From assembly GCF_000181795.1 (NCBI RefSeq), contig NW_003526945.1, forward strand, positions 2,343,930-2,407,929: a stretch of DNA of 64,000 nt. The letters are read 5' to 3'. The translations under genes and the position numbers were made by a program. The notes below the pieces were generated by a model. The model saw nothing but the letters and a program-made list of their open reading frames with translations. It was not told where the DNA came from and ran no database searches. The stretch comes from Trichinella spiralis. Lineage: Eukaryota. This document shows, piece after piece, positions 27,001-50,916 of this stretch (positions are counted from its first letter, which is position 1; each line of letters starts with the position of its first letter).

Positions 27001-29619
27001 ACAAACAAACATCAGTAGGTAATAATAAATCGAAATTCAATAATATATCATTAATTTATTTTGGAAAATTATTTCTCTGCAAGAGCTGAATTGAAATGTG
27101 CAAACAGGGATGTTGACCGTTCATGCTTAAAAGGTGACGATTCAAATGACATTTCTGAATGATTTCTTATTTCTCTCTAATATTATTGGCAATGATCGTT
27201 CTGCTTTAGTTGCTTCAATTTGAAATTATTAATGTGAAAAGAACAAACGAATTGATCAATGCAAATAATAATAAATTCTGGAAAAACATTTTTCCAAAAA
27301 AACTATTTAAGTCGAAAATGGAAAATCCTACAAATTTACAACTTACAAATTTCCAATTTCAGATAAAACATATCAACTACCAAAAGAACAGTTATTTATT
27401 TATTGTGCCGAATGACATTGTTCACACTAAGGGGTTTCTGTAAGAAAATCACAGTTAACACCTTTAAATTATCCAACTCCATTTTATGCTAGCATTTAGA
27501 AAGCGATCGTAAAAATGTATCAAACGAATTCCTTTCTATTAAAACATTCCATTTGTCACAAGATAATTTCATTGAACATCATCGATTAATTAAGCAGAAA
27601 ACATTCCATTATTCAAATTCAAAGCAACTCGTTTTAATTAATAATAAGCAAGTATTTATAATAGCAGAATTCAAAGATGACTGTATCATTCAGTTCACAG
27701 TTAACAAATGTGCATTGGAATAGCGTTTTCAACAGTGGAATTGTAACTGAATTCTGTTATATTGCTTTCTAAAACCACTGCTACTAATGCAAATGTTGGG
27801 AAAAAAGTTGTTTAACTTTAAATATTTTTCCCTTTTTACCAACTTAAAGTACCTCACATAACCGTTGAAGAATAAAGCTCAAAAATTATCCGGCGATTCC
27901 CGTAATCGAATCTCTAAACCAAAGTATTTACTTCGACCATACATACTATGATCGATACGCCTCTATTCTAGTACTGCTTGTTGTATTTAAGTGAATGGCT
28001 TTTGATAACAACGATCTGTCAGATAGATCTCTATCGAAACATACGGCAAACTGTGAGACAAAATCAGTGACAATTGTTCATCTTTGCACATCGATCGCAT
28101 CGCATCATTGCTATCATCACGCACCCCACGTTCTATCATCATACACCCCACGTTCTAGTGATCATCATCAGTGAAAAAAGAAAGGAAGTTTCGCTTTCTG
28201 TTGTTTTACTCCAAACCTGCTTCCTCAAAATACCAGCCGACAATGAATGAAACAGAAAGTGATTGAAGAAAACAAGGGAAACGATAAAAATAACATTTCA
28301 ACTACTAATTAACCTACTAATGATTGTCATAATTTAACACCAAATTGCCATCTGCAGAACAATAATTAACAAAATGATAATCTTGAATAATCCAATATTA
28401 CACATATTCAATGGCGGCTCAAGACTCGTGATTGATGCTATTTTAAATCAAAATACACAATGATCTTACTTATATTAATCGCACATTACTAGGCAGACAG
28501 GCTTCGAAAGGCTTCTTCTTCATTCTCTTCAAAAAGCGCTTGTATATTCTTGCTAACTAGTTCATCTGTTTCTTGACGTTCATACCGCTGCTGCTAGTGC
28601 TATAAATAATTGCAACGCTTTTCTCTTTGTTGTTTACCAATTTTTGATCCACAAAAACAGAAAAAAAAACTGTCCATAGCTCACGTTGGATTTGGCTGGT
28701 CAAAAAATTGCCCTGCAGATTATGTTCAACTGAATTGTTGTTTGAAATAAAACTATTTTCTCTCCTTTCTTGTCACATGTTTCAACTGAAAAGGGAATTT
28801 ATGGTTTTCATAACTTTCAATATACAGACAGTTTAAACATTCAACTTATGCAAAAATGCTGCTCTCTGCTGCTGCTCTATCCGCTGAAGATGTATTTGCT
28901 GAAAAGGTTTTCCAAGAAAACAGAACCAAGATGGAAAAAATGCCAGAAAATTTTTTTAAAAATCTTTAAAATTAAAAGTCAAAGTGCACAAAGTGGAAAG
29001 AAAAATAAAAGCAAGTGTAAAAGCTTACCAGCTAAAAAAATTAATCGATCAACAACAATACGCTACAATAACAACGTGTATGAGTGAGTGAAAATCCTTC
29101 AACGAGCACGTACGTGTATTGTTATGATTATTGCCAGTGATCTGTTGCATAAATTTGCTATCAAATATGTGCAACTTTTATTAATTAATGCAGACATTAA
29201 CGGAAGAAAGTTTCTTCAAATTGAACAATAAAATGATAAAATTCATGAAGAAGATGGATTTAAGAATTGAAAATTAATTTTTGCCTTGTTTTTTCAACTC
29301 TTCGTTGAAATTACTTACTCAAGTCAGTTTTGTAATGCAATGCGATAAAATTCGGAAGTGATCATTGGCAGGGGTGTTGAAATTTCAGACACAGACGGCT
29401 GCCTGCAGTGGATACAAATGAAAGATGATTCGAATCAGGAAATGGAGGAAAATTGTTCATTCGAGTACACTTGTGCCGTGAGAGTGAAAGAAACGCAACT
29501 TCAAAGACGGCAAAGAGCTTTGAGAACAAATCGAGATGCATTTGACACAATATAATTTGGTGCAATTCACGAATGAGCAGATCAGCGCTCGCAGCGGCAA
29601 TCGATTGATGCAATTCAGC

Positions 29620-29770
29620 TTGTATCTCTCTCTCTCCCTCTATCTCTCTCTCCTTCTCTATGTATGCCTGTGTGTGTGTGTCTGTCTGTCTCTGTCTCTC
29701 CTACCCCTTGTTCCACTCCCTCCTTCCCTTCAAGCCCACCCCTCCCCCTCTATCCTCCTCTTTATAATTG
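29620..29770. promoter_or_regulatory. Pyrimidine-rich CT/GT low-complexity tract ending in TATAAT; candidate promoter region for mpz-1 and/or a divergent transcript
   Basis: ctctctctccctc..tgtgtgtg..cccctcccctc..tttataattgg, upstream of minus-strand donor-like sites at ~29318 and ~29028. Confidence 0.3.
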
Positions 29771-31227
29771 GAGGTTCCAATAGTCAAGCAGTGTTGTTGT
29801 CAACAATGGGCTATTTTCAGCCCATCGCTTTACTTGTGCATACTTCGATGCAGTTTTTTTCCATTATTTTCAACTGCAGTGTTGAAAAAGTTCCAAACTT
29901 CATTACCATCAACTGACTGCAAAGAGAAGAAAAACGCTTCGACAACAATTTTCATACATTTGACTATGATGAATTTGACTGAAATATCGACAGCTCACAC
30001 AGCTGACCTCCAAAGCTTGCACCAAATTGAGGTCAGTGATGCTGAATTTACTAGCTTCAATCACAATGCAATGGACAGACTTAATTGCGCATTTTCGGCG
30101 CCATCAACAGCCATTGACGATCCCATCCATCAACAAGCATGTCCACCAGCTGGAAACAAGCGCTGGTTTTTCTAATCGCCAGCTGGCTTAAAGCCGCATA
30201 AATTTTGTACATGCCAATTAACCGCATCCGTATTCATTTAATTACTAAAATTATATTTGGGAAAATTAAAAGAATTAAACAACTAGAAAATAATAATAAA
30301 TTTTTCTTGATTCGGATATTTTTTTCTCTAACTACTAACTCTGAACTACTTGATGAGCACATGTGAATAATTTTTCCAATAGAAACTGAAATCAACGGAC
30401 AAAGCAGAGAAAACAATTGCAGTTGCTCATGTTCAGCAGTTCAACTCAACAATGTGCGGTGCTCGATTGATTATTTTGATTGTAAACAGAAATTTAATTT
30501 CGACTGATTGAAATCGACACCAATCGCCCAACAACGTACAGAATTGTATATTGAACAAAAGCAGACGACAAACTTGGAAACAGTATGTCCCAACTGTAAA
30601 ATAGGCAACCACCTCATATCCGCATAGTCGAATGGGTGCTGTGCTTCGCGGGAGATTTTCTGATTGAAGAAGCCCCAATAATCACTGCAACACACACACA
30701 CACATACACATAATCAATGGATCGATGGATGGATGGATGGATGGATTCTCGTTCAACTTTGCACAACAACGATGTGAATGAGATATAAAAACACAACCAA
30801 CCAAATCGAAATGCATAATTTTTCAAATCATTTTTTCTTCAATTTTCTCTTTTCATCATCATAAAACGTCGTTGATAATTTCCGCTCGTTCAAAAATAGA
30901 AAAAGCAAAAACTAACATAATTATAATAATGCTCCAAGAGTTGCTCCCTCGCTCGGTCGCTCGCTTGCTTGGTGTTGTTGTTCAAGCAAAGAACAATTCG
31001 AAATAATTTCGATGAAAAAAAAATCATTTCTGAAAAAAAGATGAAAAGCATTTTTTAATAAATAGAATAATAATAAACAAATAAATAAATTCAATGCACA
31101 ATTTCACTAGTGTTGGTGGGCAAAAAATCGAAAGAAGAAGCTTTTTCTACCCTTAAAATGAATGCATTAATCTCAGAAAAAAAATATGCCGCTTGCTTTC
31201 GTTGGCTGTTAGTAGGGAAAGAAGGAT

Positions 31228-43357
<12,130 letters not shown>

Positions 43358-44452
43358 TCTCTTGTTACAGTTGTGAAATTTTTACAATTCTGAAAAAAAA
43401 ACAGAAAAAATGGCTTGAAAAACACACACACAACTAATAATCCAAAATATGTGCACATTTCAACTACTCTGAAAGTGTTCATATAGTAGAGCAATTTTAA
43501 TATGACGTTCAACACAAGAATGTGTAAGTTGAATATCAAACTAATTTACGCAAGAAGAAAGAAATGTTAATCAACGAAACCGTTCTTGAGAAAGTCCGCA
43601 TATTAACACAAAATAAATAAATAAATAAATAAAATAATATACATAAAATATGTGCAAACATTGATGAATAATCATCAGCATGAAGCATGCACACAAAGTT
43701 TGCCATCTGTTTACATTTTGATTAAAACTAAATCAACAAATCACGTTAAAATGTCAAAATGTTCAACTGCCACTCCTGAATTAGGAAAATCGCAATTGCA
43801 GCTTGCACTTTTCATAAACATGGAAGCACAGAGACGATAAAAATAACACTGAACACGTCAGCAGAGTTATAAAGTTCAAACTGCTGCAAAACTGAACGCA
43901 ATCAGCAATACAATTGCAAACTCCAAACCCATGATACAGTAATTTTAAAATACTGCAAGTAAATTTTACGGTTCATGAAATAAAATATAGTATAACAAAT
44001 TCAAATACTAATTAAAAAATGGGAATATCTTAATAATCCAATATTTCAAGTTTAAAATGCTATCCTTTAATTAGCATTTATTTGCAAAATAGCATATTTA
44101 TGCAACATATTTGTGCAAGATGAATAAACGGTAAATAAATAATTATGTAAATAATATAAACGCATTTCAATAATTTTTATAATTTATGCATTACATTCAA
44201 TGCTGAAAATGAAATAATACGTTATCATTTCATTCATTACAGTAATAAACTGTCTTACTGTAGGATTACTTCCTGATTTTTATATTTTAATTAATAATTC
44301 ATTCACTTCGAACGTTTAATATTCAATTGATTTATCAATTGAAGTTTTCTGTTGTAAATTTGTGCATGGAATTTGTCATCATATTTTTCTTTCTAAAAAA
44401 GAAATAGAATTTTCTAATTTTTAGATACATCTGACGTGTATAGTGAATAATT
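43358..44452. promoter_or_regulatory. Head-to-head intergenic region between Rictor and COX15 (candidate bidirectional promoter)
   Basis: Divergent ATGs at 43357 (-) and 44453 (+), about 1.1 kb apart; AT-rich. Confidence 0.45.
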
Positions 44453-46039
44453 ATGGCCATGTTGATTGGAATGAGCAGCATAAGTCGTGGGCAGTTGAGT
44501 TTTTTGCAGAACCACTTAGTGAAAAAAAGTTTAAACGTTGCACGCTCCTGCAACCTCAGGTAGGATGAAAGTTTAATACTCATTTTACCTGACAGTTGTT
44601 CGCTTTTGCAGACGATTTGTACACTCTGGAACAGATGGCAAGTTAACAAAATGGTCACCTCGTAAAGCGCAATCCGTATGGCTATTCGCCTCAGCTGGTA
44701 TGGTCTCTGCAACGATCATTATTGGTGGTGTTACACGGTGTGAAATGCTTTTTTCTGAAATCAAGAAAAACAACAATATATAATATAATATAATACAATA
44801 TTTTTGTGTTTGTCTTTTGAACCAGGCTAACGGAATCCGGTTTGAGCATGGTAGATTGGCGTGTTTTTCGTGAAATGATGCCACCTATAACAGAAGAAGA
44901 TTGGCTTGGAGAATTTGAAAAATACAAGCTTTATCCGGATTATAAACAGTTTGTGCAGTGGGAAAGTTTTCAAATAGTGCATTTTTAAGAGTACGTGTTT
45001 AGAAAAAGTTCCTATTCCGAGATGACTTTGGATGAATTCAAAGCAATTTGGGTTATGGAATACGCACACAGAATGCTAGCAAGGAGCACAGGCTTGGTAT
45101 TTGCTGTACCGGCCGTGTATTTCTGGTTGCGAGGACGCCTGGCATCTCATTTGAAAGTTCCAGTACTTACCGCAGGCACTCTGTTCCTTTCACAAGTGAA
45201 TGTTTTCAGTGTACAAGTAAATATTGATAGCATAAGTCGAATCGATTTTTCAAGGCACTTTTGGGTTGGTATATGGTGAAATCTGGTCTAGAATCTGGTG
45301 AACAAAATTCACATGTTCGAGTTAGTCAGTATCGCCTCACAGCTCATTTATCACTCGCAGTTGGTTTGTACGGTCTACTATTCTGGTACGGATTGTCAAG
45401 TATATTTCCACCATCGGCGGTAATTGTTTTCTGTTATTATGTTGCTATTCAAGAAAAAAAAAATATATATAAATTATTATATAGAATTATTCAATTGCTG
45501 GAATGAAAAGACTGAAATTATTGAGCATACTGAGCGTCGTTTCGACATCGTTGACAACAATTTCTGGCGGATTTGTTGCCGGTCTCAATGCGGGATTGGT
45601 CTACAATTCGTGGCCGAAGTTCGCCGACCGTTGGATACCGACAGATTTGTTGACCATGAATCCAACTTGGCTTAATTTTTTCGACAATCCAACAACAGTA
45701 CAATTTGTTCATCGAAATTTGGTACATATGCTTGCTTGCTTTATTTATTTATGTGATTTATTTGAAAAGAGACATCATTCATTCACACAGGCCTACATGA
45801 CGGTGGCGTTGGTGACGGCTACTTGGCTAGTTGGGTGTCGGCTTCCGTTGAACAAACGATGCAGACGGATCTTACATGCTGTGATCACGATCGCGTACCT
45901 GCAAGCAGCCATTGGTGTGGGCACGTTGTTGCACCATGTACCAGTTTCTATGGGTGCTTTGCATCAGAGTAACTCGTTAGCTTTGTTCAGCTTTTGTTTG
46001 TGGTTGTTGAATGAATTGCGTCGAATTCCTCCGGTGTGA
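44453..46039 (+). CDS. cox-15: Heme A synthase COX15, multi-exon
   Basis: [100 protein letters not shown]. Basic N-terminal presequence-like first exon from ATG 44453. Confidence 0.96.
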
Positions 46040-46107
46040 AATGCCTCATTGCTGTGTATAGGAAATAAATAGCGAATAAATGAACCAATTTTTGCAATTT
46101 GTATTTA

Positions 46108-47481
46108 TCAGTCGACCGACTGAACATCCAAAAGCAGTATGTCGAGCTGAATGCCCAACAGGTCGGACAGCGAAGGTCTGGTTCGTCCCCAGTCGCCGTG
46201 AATAAATTCTTTGATATAAGTTCCGGCTTCGGCTTGCAAAGTGATCAAGAAGCGTGTTGGACAATCGGACGGTATGGCTCGCATCCACTTGATCAAACGG
46301 CGTCGCCGTAGAACGGCCCGTCGGTGGGCCACGCGTATTGGTGTCCACTGATGAATGGTGAGATCCACCAGCGAGCCCAGGGCGTGCAGTTTGGCTTTAT
46401 CGACCACCGCCCCGGCTTCGGGGTCGACCACGCGGCACAGGGCGACGTAGGTTTTCAGCTTTTCTTCTTCGCATCGTTTCAACGCTTCCAGCACAGCTTC
46501 TTCGGTAGTCAACTTGAGCTCGCTGACCGAGAAATCCAACGTGCTGGAGTTGATTTCCGACTGAAGCCGCGTGGCGTGGTCGTCTGTTAGCCGCGTCACT
46601 TTTGGATTGAGGCAGTGCAGAACGAACGGACGGCCACGCCCCAGCATGCGCACATCCGAATCCTCGCGCCCGGCGGTCGATAGCTTGAATCGGTCTGCGA
46701 AGATAATCGAACCGACGGCTTTTTGCAGTTGCTGTTGCAGGGAGTCGAACCAGGAGCCTAACCATGGGCTTTGATAAAGCTTACGCGAAAATTTGCAATA
46801 ACGTCCGGTCAAGTAAAGCGTCGACGTTTTAAACTCGACCCTATACTGACGTGTCGACTGACCGTCGGCCACCGCCAACGCCAGCTTGCGTCGCCAAATC
46901 AGAGCTTCAGCAGCATCCAAACCCTCGGCCCATTTCTTCACTGCCGACCGTTGGCTCGGCCAGTGGGCCGTATCCATTGCCAACTGGTCGACCAGCAGGG
47001 CCGAACAGCGCTGCTGGTCCTGTTCGTCAGTGATCAGCACGTCGATGACCAGGTCGGCTGTTTGCCTGTCCACGGCACGCATGGACAGTTCGGTTTCGAC
47101 GAAACTGACCAGCGCGGTTTTCAACAGCAACTTCCGGTCCAAAGATCCGTCGTCCGAGCCCAGGCAACGGTCCAGCGAATCCTGCGCGTCGGTGAACACC
47201 GGCACATCAACCTTGAGGCAAAACGAGCCGCAGTCGTAGCGTTGACCACGGTACTGGGCCAAAATTTGGCGACCAATCGACAACAGAAACGATGCTTTCA
47301 ACAAATCGCCACAGTCGCAGCAGACGCTGCCATTGGCGCACGTCGCAAGTCGTTCCAACAACTGCTCCCTGAAATGAACCAACTCCAACTGTTCCGACCT
47401 CAGCCAAGTGCACAAACAGCCGACGGATTTAAAATTTTCCAACAACTTCGACTCTGCCTCCTGACGCATCGTTTGTACCAT
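46108..47481 (-). CDS. PUS10: tRNA pseudouridine synthase Pus10 (single exon, 457 aa)
   Basis: GRYCKFSRKLYQSPW, catalytic motif AGREDSDVRMLGRGRPF, QWTPIRVAHRR, AGTYIKEFIHGDWGRTRPSL..LDV. Confidence 0.95.
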   Translation of the reverse strand: MVQTMRQEAESKLLENFKSVGCLCTWLRSEQLELVHFREQLLERLATCANGSVCCDCGDLLKASFLLSIGRQILAQYRGQRYDCGSFCLKVDVPVFTDAQDSLDRCLGSDDGSLDRKLLLKTALVSFVETELSMRAVDRQTADLVIDVLITDEQDQQRCSALLVDQLAMDTAHWPSQRSAVKKWAEGLDAAEALIWRRKLALAVADGQSTRQYRVEFKTSTLYLTGRYCKFSRKLYQSPWLGSWFDSLQQQLQKAVGSIIFADRFKLSTAGREDSDVRMLGRGRPFVLHCLNPKVTRLTDDHATRLQSEINSSTLDFSVSELKLTTEEAVLEALKRCEEEKLKTYVALCRVVDPEAGAVVDKAKLHALGSLVDLTIHQWTPIRVAHRRAVLRRRRLIKWMRAIPSDCPTRFLITLQAEAGTYIKEFIHGDWGRTRPSLSDLLGIQLDILLLDVQSVD

Positions 47482-48731
47482 AGTTCCACCGGTCCATGCA
47501 ATGAGACGACAAAAATATTCAATTCAAATACCTACAACAACAGTGAACATTTTACAATCGAATACAAACGAATATTTCAAACGACAATTATTATTATATA
47601 TTATTTAAATATATTTTGTCGATAAACTTTTCATGTAACCATAAATACATGCGATGTGTACAGTACAAATGATCTTCTTCTCTTGTTGTTTCTATCAAAG
47701 CAACAAAACAGAAAAAGAATACAATTAATATGCTCAAAAAATGATTATTTTAAATGTAAAACGGTGTTTTTAAATTAAATTCGAAAATAATAATTTCATT
47801 TGAAAACTAACAAACAAACTGAAAGCAAATATATTCGAGTAGAATCAAAAAGTGCCAGCATACAACCAAACTTCTATTGTAAAGGGAAAATCAAGGAGTA
47901 ATCACAGTATGAAATTGATAAGCGTATGGTTTTTTTTTATTGATAATAAGGTGATAAAACTTTTTCAAAAAAGTTTACATCATTAATTCGTTATTAAAAA
48001 TAATTTTCAAATGCCATATTTTCGTCCACTACAACCACAATAGAATGGTCGCCTGCATTTACCGCAATGCGATACGCTAGCTACGATTTCGGCACCACTG
48101 CCATGGAAATTTTCTTCTGTATTCATTATTGGGAATATCGTTTAGCAGGGAATTTTTTTGAAAAAAATTGTTTTTTTCGTGTGCTTTTTCCTTTGTAATA
48201 TAATCTGATGAAATGAAAAATTAATAAAAACATCAAAACATGATCTATTATGGAAACACTGATGATGGAAATAAATTCATGATAAAATTTGTAATTTATG
48301 ATTTTGCTAATATATATATTTCGACAGTGTATAATTTTTTGATAATATTTCTACCGGATCTTTCGCACATAAAACTAAAAAAAATAAAATAACACCCTCT
48401 GTAAGTTCGATTGGTGTCTATTTATATTGAAGCAATTTATGTGAACATGCAAAAGAGTAAATTTTAAAACTAAAAATATGTATGAAAAAAAATTTAATAA
48501 AAATTTAAACTTATTCTAAATGAGATAAATTATTAAATTTTAGATTAAAATTTAGAATTAAAAATAAACTTTTGTTTAAATTTAAAGTAAAGTAAAAAAT
48601 GTAACTTTGAAATAAAGTTTAAATTAAGGAGACACAGGCACGAGTTTAAAGTAAAAGATTACGATACGTCAGTTTAGCCTTCGGTCAGTTTGTCTACACT
48701 AAAACTGAAGAACGGTTCGCTTTGTTTCGAA

Positions 48732-49442
48732 ATGGATGGAAATGGAAACCATTCGAACAAATCCCGGTTCGAGAAGAACAACGAATTGATTGCCATACTT
48801 CAAGAAATGCCAGAAGGACCAGAAAAGGAGGAGTTGATCGAACAGTATATTGATGACCTTTTCAAACTCCCGATGTTCCAAAATGTCGAGTCTCCACCAG
48901 AACCGTCGGGAAGTGTAAAATATGCGGTCGCGAGAATGTGCATGGACATATCGCAAAAACCATGGAATGTTCGTGGACGGATTTTCGGTCCTAGGGGCAG
49001 TACTGTGAAAGCAATTGAAAAGTATTCGGAGTGCGAGGTCGACCTGGCTTTCTTCTTTCCAGGCAAGATGTGTGCACGCATCTCTGTGAGAGATTATGAA
49101 AATGTGGGCAACTGGAAAATCGAAAAAGCGAAAATGTTCATTGAAGAATTGTTGAAAGTTCCCGAGGATGGAAATGACGATTTGGTAATCAAGCTACAGA
49201 TGGCCGAACTAGCAGTGCGTCGACGAAATTTTGAAAACCGTCTACCACCACCTACTCGCAAAAAGGACGACGACTCTAGTAGTAGTCTAGAAGAAGGTGA
49301 ATTACGGAGCAGTGATGAAATGTCATTCAGCGAATATGGAGAAGAAAATGGTAATGAGGAAGAACCGTTGGGCGAAAACGAATTCAATGATGACGATGAG
49401 TCTTTCAACGAAGCGACAGACTGGTTTTTTAATTCACTCTGA
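48732..49442 (+). CDS. Divergent STAR-family (GLD-1/Quaking/ASD-2-like) KH RNA-binding protein, single exon, acidic tail
   Basis: PPEPSGSV..WNVRGRIFGPRGSTVKAIEKYSEC (KH GxxG loop), ISVRDYEN..KIEKAKMFIEELLKVPEDGNDDLVIKLQMAELAV (QUA2-like). First in-frame ATG at 48732. Confidence 0.85.
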   Translation: MDGNGNHSNKSRFEKNNELIAILQEMPEGPEKEELIEQYIDDLFKLPMFQNVESPPEPSGSVKYAVARMCMDISQKPWNVRGRIFGPRGSTVKAIEKYSECEVDLAFFFPGKMCARISVRDYENVGNWKIEKAKMFIEELLKVPEDGNDDLVIKLQMAELAVRRRNFENRLPPPTRKKDDDSSSSLEEGELRSSDEMSFSEYGEENGNEEEPLGENEFNDDDESFNEATDWFFNSL

Positions 49443-50916
49443 ATAAATCTATTCGGTATTTTCGCATAATTTATAATATTACTTTTTTAAAATAATTTTA
49501 TTATTTTTAAAAAACATTCTTAGTTATCAATAGTCATTTACCGGCATCACTGACAAATAACCTTATGAATTATTATCTGTCATTTGTTTTCATTATTGTC
49601 ATCATCATCAGTCATCATTATATGTCATTTTATCATCATCATCACGTATAAATTTTTTTAACATCATGTCACAAATTTCTGAAATTGTTATATAACCATA
49701 ATAAAATTCATTTATTTTTTGACTTGTCTTCTATATATAATAAAAAAGCAAAAAAAATACAAATCAAAAATCATAAAACTGAACTTGGTACAGCTGCATT
49801 CTAAATTATCTGTAAAAAGAAACTGTGCTCAAAAATAATATCCTCTTTCTACAATATAGCAATTTCGTTTAAATTTAGTGCTACTATAAGATATACCGCA
49901 TATTACTTCAGAAACAAACACAAAATTTTCAATAGCACTTGTGCAAATTTCATTTACAAAGTTAAATTTCCTTTTTATTGAAATAAATCAGTTGCCCATA
50001 AAGCGTACCTGTTTTTTTCTCAAAAATTGGTAATTGAATGAAGTCTGACTCTAGACAAACTACAACAAGCACAAAACTTTTAAAAGTAAAAGCAATCAAT
50101 CGGAAATAAAATTTTTTTAACTGGGTAAAACATAGCCGTACAGTAATCAATTTAGTAAACAAGTACGAAAGTGCATAACTCGCTGACCTACAATGTAATT
50201 AATTAACAGCCAGCGTTTTGAGTTCAGAATTTAGAGTGAAACGCAACAGCATAATTTCCAAACGTGTTACGAACATAAATGCATTTTACAAAATGCTTTT
50301 TGAGAACCTTGAAAAAAACTTTCTCCTTAAAAAATACACTACAGTATCCATTATAAATTACAAGCACACAGCAATTGCCCAATATGCTACAATTTCATGT
50401 AAAATATATAATTTTAAAATCGGAATTAAAAAACCATGGAAATTTATTACATTTAACAGCGTAAATAAAGAGAAAATTTTTTTAATTATAGAAACTGTAA
50501 CTTATAGAAAATTAATAAAAATTAATAGAACAAATTTTGAAATCAAGAAATGAAAAGATTAGAGAAACACAAATTCGCACCTTAACAGAATCTCGCTAAT
50601 TAGTTTGTGAGAATTGCAACTCAATACAAGTCTATCTATAAAAATTTGATGCATTAAATGCTTTTTTAATATAAACAATTTAATAATTAAATAAATAAAA
50701 TTCATTAAAAATTATTTTATTTTTAATCAAATTTAATATTTATATCAGCTCTACTTTATTTTTAATGTAATACATTTTGAAACACTGATAAAGTAGTTTA
50801 TTTTCAAGCACCTGAAGACTTTTTCTTACTGTATCTTCATACGTCAAATTTGTAAATTGGTCAAGTTGAATTATAATTTTTTGCATTTTACTTGTCATTC
50901 TTTGAAAATTTGAAGC

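Noticed and set aside
28111..28157. Two-copy 22-bp repeat (ctatcatca..caccccacgtt)
   Set aside because: Simple local duplication with no spacers; not CRISPR-like, and the context is eukaryotic.
28493..28610. Minus-strand frame ..YERQETDELVSKNIQALFEENEEEAFRSLSA as an L27 exon
   Set aside because: Ends in a stop before the nearest donor and I see no convincing L27 match.
46108..47481. Archaeal or bacterial contamination origin of PUS10
   Set aside because: Motifs are eukaryote-type and the gene is tightly embedded between host genes.
46771..47625. 284-aa plus-strand ORF and other overlapping ORFs
   Set aside because: Antisense shadows of the GC-rich PUS10 CDS; no recognisable motifs.
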